From IMG/VR virus record IMGVR_UViG_3300021387_000076: DNA of 64,000 nucleotides. One strand, given 5' to 3'. The position numbers and the translations under genes were made by a program. Under the pieces are notes generated by a model. It was not told the DNA's origin. It saw only the letters and a list, made by a program, of their open reading frames with translations, and made no database searches. Positions 1 through 12,000 of this stretch are shown piece by piece; position 1 is the first letter of the stretch, and each line of letters starts with the position of its first letter. The stretch comes from a virus (taxonomy: Duplodnaviria > Heunggongvirae > Uroviricota > Caudoviricetes).

Positions 1-3000
1 CCAGATGTTTCCTCAGTATTCATATGGTATTCGTGGCAACATTTCTGATATCGAACTTCAGGATCTCAGAGCTTTGAGAAGTAAAGCAATAGCTTCTGTT
101 GACAGAAAGATAGCAGAAAGAAGAGCAAAAGAAGGTCTCTCCGAAACGGCTGCTTACTTTAAGGGTCCAAACGGTGAAAATATTGCGAAGTATCGCAGTG
201 AGATGTTGGGTAAATACTACATCGATGACGATCCAAAACATCCATCAATTAACGTTGTGGATAACATTGGTGACTTTGGTTTCACTACAAGGAACCTTGA
301 AAACGCACTGAAGGAAGATGCCCTTCATAATTTCTATAACGATCCCAATGTTTACCTCGTAGGCCGTAATCAGACGATGATGCAGCAGATGAGAGAAACA
401 AAACGAATTGCAGAAGATGCAATGGCGAACTCTGAACAGGAAGATCTTCAGGCAATAGAGGCATTTGATTCACAACCTGTAGATAACAGTGCTGCTCAGA
501 AAGCAAATAAAGAGGCAAACAAGGCTGAAACCGAAGCAGTCAAAGCTGAGGTGGAAGCCGCTAATGCAAGAAAAGAAGCAGCTGAAGCAAGGAAGCAGGC
601 AGCTGAAGCTCAGAAAGCTACGGAACAAACTGCTGAACAAGCTGTAGCCAAAGCTGAAAAAGCTACAGAACAACAGGCACGTCATGCATTGGACTATGCC
701 GAATATACGGTTACAAGAACAATGCCGTGGATGGATACCGATACCGTTGACGAACATGGAAATCCTGCTGTTGGTCTTGAAAACATTTATGTTACCAAGA
801 AGAATGGAAAGACCGAAAAAGGTAATCTTCCTGTAAGTCTTGCTCCTTATACCCCCAGAGGCCAGAAGAAAAGGACTATGGAAGAGGGCAGAAAAGAACA
901 GGCTTCTAATGAAAAATATGGTTCGTCTTCTTCAGGTGCTGATGCTTTAATTGGCAGCTCTATCAGTCATGTTATGGATCAGCTTGGTCCGACTGCGTTG
1001 ACGAAAACCATATATGGTGAAGGCTTGCACGGCATTGAAAAGCTTGCTTATCAAGGTCTTAAAGAGTATTACACAAATCACGAAGAAGAAATGAAACAGC
1101 TTGGAATCACATTCAATGATGCAGACATGTCTGCTTTCGATCCAAGCAAAACTAATTTCAGTTATTCAGGTAAAGATGCAAAAATACTTGATAAGCTCAA
1201 TGCTTTAACTCCTGCAAAACTTGCAAGATATTTTGTTGATGATATTGTCCACCAAGACAGAGATCGCAACGGAGTACTTTCTGCTAAAGATGATGCCAGA
1301 ACTATTATTTCTACTGAAGGCAAGATCTATGATCCTATCATGGGTAATGTGCTCAATGAAAGCACAATGGTTTCAGGTCCTTCTGGCGGAGAAAAGGAAA
1401 TTGGATACACACTCAAAGGAATCAAGAATTCCAAAGGTGAAGATGTTGTTACCAGATTTGCTCCTGACTATATTGTAAGAGACGGCAAAACTGGCAAAAT
1501 AGTTATAGGCGACCACAAGTCAAGTCCGCATGGCGCAGACAAGGGCATCATACAGGGGTCTGTATATGCTGCATGGCTCGATGATCTCGCTGAAGAATAT
1601 TATAAAACAACAGATGAGAACAGGAAAAGAGAACTTGATCCATATAAAATATTTGGTCAGCTGAATGACAAAGGCGAGTATGAATCAAATATCGTTGGCA
1701 TTGAAACAAGAGACTTTTTCACAGGGACTACTGACAGGAGAGAATATAATCAGGAAATAAGACGTCTTGAATCAGAGCGCATAAGAAAAGCTCAGGAGAA
1801 AAAATACGCTGAAGCTCAAGGAAACTTTGGTAAATATGGTCTTAATGATATTCCTGTTGTTACTACGGCAGGTGAAGAACCTCCTGCCGGCAGCAATCCT
1901 CCTTCTTCGCCTAATAGTAATCCTCCGGTAAATGCACAGGCAGCTGCAGCGGATAAGCGAAGAGAAGGTTTCTTCCAGGAATATCAGTTGCTTATCAACA
2001 GATATTCCAAACTGAACGAGTCTTTCGGCAACTTCACCTCTGGAATGACAGGTGAACTGTATAAAGATCGTGAAGGAACATATGCTGATAATTACTTCAG
2101 AAGAAGTCGTCATTCCAGAGATAATGTAGTTAGCGACACCAATCTTCTCAAAAATAGCTTTATAGATCTTTATGATAGAGCAGGTTGGCCAGACACAAAC
2201 GATCTTATTAACACGTTAGAGGCAAACAAGACTGCAGCCATTAACGCTTACGATGTCGGCACGAGAGCCTGGGCTCAAAACAGATCAAAACGTCTTCTTG
2301 AAAATGCTGAAAATTTCAGCCTTCGTAAGCAGGATCCGTTCTACAAACAGAGAGAAGAAATAGAGAATCAAAAGAATAATGTCAAAGAAATGGAATCTAC
2401 GCTTGACAATTTTATTCTTTCAAGGTTCGAAAAATCGGAGATAAGCAGAGACGAAAACACTGGTGCGATAAATGGTATTTTGCAGGATGGAAAAATTGTT
2501 GCCATTAGAGACGCTGTACTGAACGGAAAAGAAAACAATGATACTGTTGAATTGATGAAGACGCGTCTCGAATCATTAAAGACTGCATCCGATGAGAACA
2601 TTAAACTTATCAATGAGCAGATAGAACGCGATGTTGACAGGGAAATTGCTGACATGCAGGAAGCAAGCGATGCTGTTACAAAAACACATCAGACATCTGG
2701 TCAGCAAAGAGAGAATTACTGGAATAAAAAAAGAAGAAAACTGAGTGAATCAATAGAAGACAGAATTGTTGCACGCGATGCTTTAGACAAAATGCTGGAA
2801 GATACTGAGACGTACAAAGAAGACAATCCAAAGAGAAAACAATTGGAGCGTCTGCGTGATCAGTATAACAAATCTATAGATCAGGAATCTGAATATCTCA
2901 ACAATGGCGGCTTTGACAAAGACAGTCAGGATGATCTTCAGGCTCTAAGGACGAGCAGGTTAAATCAGCTTAGACATTATTTCAGTGGAACAAGAGAAAG

Positions 3001-6000
3001 CCCTATTGCTCAAATGGTTTCCAATGGAATGCTGTCACTGAAAGATCTTGACAACAATGGTGACATTTTAAACGCCGGAAGTCAATTCTATCAGGGCATG
3101 TTGGGAATGCTTGATGAAAGCATAAGCGGACAAAAAGCCAGGTATACAAACTTTGTTGACGATCTTTCAAGAACAGGCAACATGTCTGTTACGGAGAGAA
3201 TAAACAGAAGTTATCAAAGCAAGCGTATGCAGTCTCTTGCATCTATAAAGCAGATGCAGCAGGAAGCTATCGATCTTGATAAGATGCTGACGACCGGAAA
3301 AGATCTTGACGGTCGTGAGATGTTTGATGTTAACGATACTTCTGAAACAACTCAGGGCATAAAAAACAGAATCGAAAAATATAGAGACTTTTTAAAAGAT
3401 ATTTCAAAGCAGGCGCAAGATGCTCTTGACAAAACTCTTCCTGATCAAGAAAGCAAAGAAATTGCCAGAACTCTCGAAGATGTAAAAACGCAGAGCGAGA
3501 TCCAGACGGATAAATATCAATATGGCGCTAATCAGATTCAGAGATCTGAAGCTGCTCGCAGACGTCAGCTTGATATGCATTCGCGTGGTTATCGAAGTGC
3601 ATTCGGACAGGAACTTGAATGGAGAAGAAATCAGTACGATAATGCTGTTTCTCGTGAAGAAAGTTATTCTTTAAGAAGAAAGCAATTGAATGCTGAAAGA
3701 ACAAGACTGCAACGTCAGCTTGATGACGATGACGCTAATGAAGAAAAACTTAGCTCCGAAGAGAGAAGTGGCATCGAAGGTCAGCTTGCAGCTGCGACCA
3801 ACGAATACGAAGCTCTTGGTGAAGCAATCGTCAAAGCAAGGCAGGAGCAGACAGAGTTTGGGGCATCAGGCCAGGCAGTTGCTGCTGCATTGACTGTTAT
3901 TGGCGGGGCAGTTTCAAAAGTCGCCAAGCAGTTTGGCACCCGCATTTGGCATATGGCTATGCAGGAAACGATGCAGTTTGTTAAATCGTATGATGCAGCT
4001 ATGACTGAAATTCAGATGGTTACACTTAAAACAGACACCCAAATATCAAACATCGGTAAAGGTTTAATTGATTCGGCTATTCAGCTCAAAGCTCCAATTG
4101 CTGACGTTACAGCGGCGGCTACCGCGCTGTACCGTCAAGGTCTCGGAGACGAAGATGTTCAAACGAGACTTCAGGATGTTATAAAATTCTCTACTACTGC
4201 AGGTGTTAAAGCTGCAGATGCAGTAAAACTTATTACAGTTTCTCTCAACTCTGGTTTAGTTAGCAGCTCCCAAGAGGCGATGGATGTTATATCGGCTCTT
4301 GGTGATTCAGCCGCAACCACAGCGGCTGAGATCACCAAAGGTCTTCAGAAGTCTGTTTATGCAGCAAAAGATGTCGGTGTAAGTTATAACGAACTTGTTT
4401 CAATGCTTACCGCAATTACTGCCGGCACTCAGCTTGGTGGCAACATAGCAGGTACTGCAATGCAGACATTTATGAGCCGCTTCTCCAAAATCGGAACAAA
4501 CGAACTCGTCTATGATGAGAATGGAAATCAGATGAGTGGATCCGCACTTGCAAGTGTTCTCCAATCTGTTGGTATAAAAACATATGAAGGCGGAGAACGT
4601 AGAAGGTTTACAGATGTGCTCAGTGAGCTTGCTGGACAATGGGATAGCTTATCAGATGCAAGAAAGAGTCAGATCTCTTATGCGTTTGGTGGAACACGTC
4701 AGTACTCAAACCTTAACGCGTTGCTTACTGCATTTGGCGAGGTTGATGAAAACGGACAGACAGCAATAGAGAAGTATCTTGGTATTGCTAAAGGCTCGGA
4801 AGGTATGACTGATGCAAAATATCAAAGCTACACCGAAAGCCTTGCTGCGTCTATCAATACATTAAAAAATAGCTTTGATGGCCTTGTTGAGTCGCTTACA
4901 AATACTAATGTGTTAACTGGTTTTATTGACTTTATATCAAATGCTATTACAGGAATAACAGAATTGAACACGGCTCTCAGTGGTGTTCCGGCTATACTTG
5001 TAGCGATAGGTGCAGCATTAACAGTTTTAACGTCTTCGAATCCGATATTGTTAGGAATTGCTGCAGCAATTGCTGGAGTGGCAGCGGTTGGCAATATTGC
5101 CCACAATATTGCAACATCTTCTAAAGTAAACTCAGATCCTCTCCATAATTTGAATTCATCAAAGAGTTCAATTGAAAAAGATAACGCAGCAAGAGTATCA
5201 CAAGTAAAAGAAAATCTGGGCATTGCAAGACAGCTTAATAAGAAAAGACTGTCTGGTCAGGAGTTGTCACAGGATGAAAGCAGCAGACTTGTTGAATCTT
5301 TAAGCAAACTGCAAAATCTTGGAGTCGATAGCATCAAAGCATCGACTGATATTAATGCCCTTGCGGCAAGCGCTCAGGCTACAGCTAAAGCGTTAGACGG
5401 AGTAACTACAGCTGCTACTGCTTTAAGCGACAGACAGGTTAAAGAACTTCTTAATGCATTCCTTACTGATGTAGATAACAATAAAGAACGTTTTCAGGAA
5501 GACAAAGATAAAATAAGTTTGTCTGATGAGGAACGCGAAACTGCTAGAAATGCAATAGATAAAGCAAAGAATAAACAATATGGCAGTGCGCTTGAATTTT
5601 ATGAAGATATTATTCCTGTTTTAAATGCTATGGATTTGTCTGGGCTTGACCGCATAACAGTCAATAGAAAAACAAATACTCCAAGTAAATTTTCTCCGCA
5701 GGAGTTGGCAGGTGTTTTATATACTGCTTACTCAAACACCCAAGAAGATCTTGAAGACTTAGGCATTGATGACTTTAACATAAGTGAATACTCTCAGTTA
5801 ATGGATGTCATTGAGTCTGTTCTGAGTAACGGTGACAGCTTGAATCGTTTAAAGAATACATTTATGTTCGGTGAAAGCAATAGAGCTGGAATAACAGAAC
5901 TTGTAAAACAAAGTCTTGCAGGTACAGCACATCAGGATATTACTGACGCTATCATCGAATCAATAATAGCGGATGCAAATCAAGCAGAAAATTTTGACTT

Positions 6001-9000
6001 CCTCAATGGTGATGTTCGAGGATACGCATCATTATATGCCGCACGTAATAAAAAAAACGTTGTCACCAACAGATCTAAAAATGGTAATTTGCTTGGATCT
6101 GCTGCATCTGCTTTGGTATTAAGCGGGGATTTAACTGGAAGTTTTGATAGTCTTTATGAGTGGCTTGGAAGCCGTAGAGGCAAAGCAAAGAATGATGTAC
6201 TGATAAGAGCATTGAATAGACAGTTGCAACTTGGAGCTGAAGGTTCTTTTCCTATGCTTGAAAGCATGTTGCAGGATCCAGACTTTGCAAAAGCATTATT
6301 ACGCTTTGGTACATTAAATGAAGACGGTACATACACATTTAATGAATATGATGAAACAGATGAAAACAATAACGGTATTCCAGATGTCGAAGAGACAGGA
6401 AAAGTTAATGGTGTTTCTGATGAAGATCTCGATTACCTTATGCGAATCATTGCATCCAAAGGCAAAAAATACAAACTTGCAAGTTACAGAAGCAATGCCG
6501 ATATACTTTCTTCTGCACAGAATGCAATTACTTCACTTGGTCAGGGAACAAAATGGAAAGATCTTACAGATGATGCCTTACAAGATGTTGCTGCTGTACT
6601 TGGTGAAGAATATTATTCAAAACTTGCAAACGGACAAACCTTGGATGATGCGCTTCTGAATAATTTGTATTCTAGATATTTAAACAATGTTTCTTCTTAT
6701 TCTCAGACAGGCTATGCAAAACTAGGACAAAACCTGTTATCAAGCATTGGTACTTCTGGTTACACTTTAAAGGGATGGCAGGATGAGAATAATCTTACTC
6801 AAGCTGATATGGATTCAATATTCCAGCTTTATGATGGACTCAAAGAGGTAGCGTCAATGACGGACGCGGAACTCGAAGCTGGTGGTTATAATCCAGAAGA
6901 AATCAAAAAAGGTGCAGAGAAGACTTTAAATCTTATCACTACTCTTGCTAACATTGGAGAATCAGATTGGTCTGATATGTCCAAGAATGCAATAACAAAA
7001 TTCAACGGTACATATGCCGAACAACTTTCTGAATATAGTGATCTTATTTCTCAAAATGATAGGTTTAATGAAGCAAAGAAAGCTATTGAAAGAGTGAAAG
7101 AAGGCGAGTGGCTTGAAACAGATCTGAGTACATTACAAAGTCTTACCGGAATCAAGATAGACTTCAAGAATGTTGACACTGCAATTGATGATGTTGAATC
7201 TGTTTACAATACGCTTGTGACAAATTTCAGTAATGGTTTGAATGAAACATTAATGAATGTTGTATCCGAAGAAACAATAAGCGATATAAAGATAGAAAAG
7301 CCAACACTGAATACTTCAGAGTTAGTTGGATATCTTGGAAATTCTGTTGAAGAATGGGTAAAGCGTGCAATAGAAGATCTGGGTATCGCAATGCAGAACG
7401 GTGAGTTTGTTTATGATGTAGAAAACCTTAATCAAGTTACTGCAACAACTGTTGCTGGAATAATGAGCGGTTATAACAACAATCAGACAAGCAAAAATAT
7501 TAACATTCTTTCAGGAATCAGAAATGCTCTCAAAGATGAAGGAAACACATCTTTAGATGAAGAGCTTTCTGGTTTCAGTGCTGATGATTTAATGGAATGG
7601 TTTAAAAACAATCCAGTCGCTTCTGAGCTTGCGAACAGAGTTGGTTCTGAATATTCGGGTTTCTATTCAAGACTGATTGATGGCATGATAAATCCTCAGG
7701 AAAACAAAGGCGTTGCATATAATCAGGACTTGCTTAGACATTACATTGACAGAATGAATAAAGGTCAATCGTTCGATATTGTTAATGATGCTGTTGATAA
7801 ATTCATTTACGATGAACTTACTTCTGCGTATGGTGCAGACTTTACCAACATGTTCAGAAACGGATATAACGAAACAATTGCCAACAACCTGCTCACTGGA
7901 GTAAGTTCGTTTAGAACGAGACAGCAAGCTGTCGATAATGTAAGAACTATTGTTAGTGATATTATTGGTGGGAGAAAAGACTTTGCATCTCTTAGTGAAA
8001 ACAGTACCGATCTTAATGATCTTAATGCTATTATCCCGGAGAACATAAGAGGCGGATTGTTTGGAGAGGGTAGTGTTTATACAGCGGAAAATAGAGACGC
8101 TATACTTGAGCGCCTGTATTCTCAATATCTCACTGGTCAAGGTATGAATAATTATGATATCGCAAACTATGCCAAGACAATGCTGGATGACTATGAGAAT
8201 ATCAGAACAAACGGATTGCAGCAATGGGGCATTGACAATGGTTTGCTCGACAGTGAAATTGATACCATATTAAACGCGTACCAGGGCCTCAGAGAATTTG
8301 TTACTGGCCCGGCTTCAAATATTAATGATGCAATAACAAAGAGAGCTCTTACTTCGCAGATGCTTTCGAACATGGTTTCAGAATCTGACTACAGTGATCT
8401 CACGAAAGCGTACATTTCTTCGCTTAACGGAAGTGAAAGCGAAAAAGATGCATTGCTTGCCGAAAGACAGGTAGAAATGGAAACCTACGATGAAGTGGAT
8501 GAAGCCATTAAAAGAATAGAATCTGGAAATTACAGTGACACTGATCTTGCAACAGTAAACAAACTGTCTCCTTATGCTCTTACGATGGATAATGTTGGGT
8601 CATATCTCGGCCTTGCTAAATCATCAATTACCCGCACGAGAACAAATAAACAGTCTGCATTAATTGAAGCCCTTAATACTTTATATCCAAATGCTAATGT
8701 TACAGATGAAACTATTCTGAATAACCTTAAAGCACTTGGGATAAAAATAGTAGATGGCAAATTTGTAACAGATGAAGCAATACAGAATCCTTCTATTTCT
8801 TCTCTTAGTTCACGGTCAAGCGCACAATACAACAAAGAAGCTGTTGACAGAAACAGTATACTGAGTCAGATTTCAACGCTTGTTAATCAGTCTTTCTTTA
8901 AAGAAGACTACGAAGGATCTCTCTTTGATCTTCTTCCTGATAACAGTCAGTTCAGAGACTTCTTTAAAAATCAACAGGCCAACGGACTCATTAATGAACT

Positions 9001-12000
9001 GTTGGTTGCTGCAAATAATAAAACAATTGATCAGGGACAGTTCAATAATCTGTTCGAAGGTTTTATTAATCCTAATGGCAAAAAATCTGCTGATTACTAT
9101 GCCTCTGCTTTTAAATACTACAGAGATCAGATAGCTAATCAGGAAACTGTACTTGAAGGAAGTTTCAACGACTACATTGTTGATATGCTTACCGGAACCT
9201 TTGGCGAAACTTTCACAAAAGGTAGAACGGACAGCAAGCTTACAGCAGAGGATACATTCTTTGATATGTATCTTGAAATAGCGAAGAAACGCATGGATAA
9301 GTATTCAAATAAAACTGCCTATAGCAAAGCTATGAGTCTGCTTGACAGTTATGCGAATGCTCCAGAAACTTTACTTCAAAGTGATATTGAAGATCTGACA
9401 AGGCCTATTGCCAGAGCCAAAGAAGAATTCAATAATTATGATGCACGACAAAACACGAGTGCAATTGCTTCTGTTCTTGGATGGAGTCAGGATACGGTTA
9501 AAGAAAAAATGCAAACAGATAAAGGTCGCGCCGAAGTAGAAGAAGCAATTAAGAAAACAGAAGAGACTACAACGGAAGCCATAACTATGCTGATCGACAC
9601 GTTGAGAAGCAGCATAGCATCTGCTTTCAACGTATCTGGGGACAGTGTTGAAGAAGTTGACGGCAAGATAGCTGAAGTTGCCGGAGAAATAGGACAACTG
9701 TTTTCTCAGCTTGTTGAAAAATATGGTCACCTCGTCATTACTCCAGAAGCCGATCAGACATATTCAGAGTTGTATGATAATTTTATTAACAGCCGCAATA
9801 CAGGAAGTCAGCGCGATATCTTTGGTTTTGCAAAACGAATGAAAGAAAATGGTCAGACTTTCAGTAATGTTACTGCAACAGCAGGTACAAACGAAGATGC
9901 ATATATAAGAGCTCTTCTTGGCGACAAAGCTTACATGAATATGTTTGAAGCCAATCAGCGTAACATTTTATCTGACAGCGCATTTGATACTTATTTATCG
10001 AATCGGCAAAACGGTACTGACAATCAATACTCTGTGTATAGCAATATCCTTGATAACTTACTTGGTGGCGGAGTTGAAGGTGGTTTCCTTGGAAGTCTTG
10101 AAAATGGAACCATAAGTGCAGACACAATAACAAATACTCTTTCTGCACCTGATAATACGTGGATCAGAGACTATATTGAATCGCTCAATGGCGGCAAAGA
10201 AGCGCTTGAAGACATTAGCAAAGGCGGGGAAAATGCCAAGAATGGTATTGATCAGTTGGCTGCTGCAATGAGAAATGCAGGTGCCAGTGCTGCTAGTGAT
10301 TACAGAAACGATCTTACCGAAATGACGAACATTCTGAACAATCTTAAAAAAGGCGGGCAGGATGCTGGCAAAGCGATGGGTCAGCTTTCGAAAAAACTTT
10401 ACGATGCCTACGATAATGTGCTTGCTTCTAATAGAATCCGTGGAAAGTCTGGCAAGCAGGTTGACAAAACAACCAGAGGTATTGTCGGAGAATTTCTTGG
10501 TATAAGTGATGACAAGCAGATTCAGAAGATGACAAAAAAACAAATGGACCACGTTGCTGATCTTATGGAGTCATCTGGTAAAGATGCCATAGACAATGGT
10601 TTTGTTAATTCTTTTGAAGAAGAATTAAAGAATGCTCTTAATGCACTGCAGCCCGGAAGCGAACAGTACAAATTAGTTAATAGTATTCTACTCAAAGCAG
10701 TTGCTGATGGCGAAGTTGATACCTCTGAACTTGATGCCGTCATTGCCGCACTGCAGAACGATGTTCTAAGCTCAATGAATGCTGCTATTGGTCCGATTGG
10801 CACTCTCATGTTGAGCATTTTTGCAGCAGGAAATTCTATTACGGCTGCATTAACAGGTGGGGCACAGCTGGGTACTGCTCTTTTATCTGGTGCAAAAGCT
10901 AACGTAAATCTTAACACAGGCAACAAAGCAAAATACCAAAGCCACGGCGGTGGTGGAGGTGGCGGAGGCGGTAAATCCGAATCTGCTGCTGAGAAGCTTG
11001 TCAACCGTGTTAAGAAAGGCAGCGAGCTTTATAACCACCAGCTTAAGATGATCCAGTATCAGGAGACAAAACATCAGAACGCTGGAGAACTTACCATGTA
11101 TGGCAACGAACTCCAGAGAGAGATTGATCTTGAGAAGGCATATCAACCTGCACTTCAAGAAAATATCAAAGCTCTGAAATCTCAACTTAACAGTGTGTCT
11201 AAAGGTTCTGAAGACTGGTATAAACTTCGCGAAGCTTTATTCAGCGCCGAAGAACAATACGACGATATTACGAATACCATCGAAGAGAATGAAAGAAAGC
11301 TGAAAGAAAACCGTGAGGCTATTCGTCAGACCAGAACTGCTCTTGAAGATCTTCTCACTTCTCAAATAGAAGAAAGAATCAAGAAGCAGCGTGACATGCT
11401 TGCTGGCACTGTAGACATGCAGTCCATTATTCTTGATGCTATCAGGCAAAGATACCAGGATGAATGGGATCTTATAAAGAAAGATATCGAGAAGAAAAAA
11501 CAGGCGCTTGAGCAGGAGAAGTCTCTTATTGACGAGCGTCTCAATCTTCGTAAGAACGCTGCAGACGAAGCGAAGAAATATGAAGAACTTGCTGAACTCA
11601 AGTCTCAGCTTGCCCGTGTTTCCATGGACAGCACCCGTACAAAGGATGCTGCGGCTCTTCGTGAGCAGATTGCAAAGATTGAAGAAGAGATCGGCTGGGA
11701 TATTGCTGATCAACAGGCTGAATCTGAAAAGCAGCAGATTGATGACCAGATCAAAGGTTATGACGAGTTTGTTGCTCAGGGTGACGAGGATCTTTCCAAG
11801 TTCCTCGAGGACACAAACAACTTTGCTCAAGAGATTACTACAGTTCTCGGCATGAGCCATGATGAGCTCTTCGCGTGGCTCAAGAATAACGTGACAGACT
11901 TCAAGAATAGTCTCGACGAAGTCCAGCAACAGATGATAGACAGCTGGGAAGATACCTACAAACAGATGTTTGGTATCACGGATACTTATTGGGAACAGGT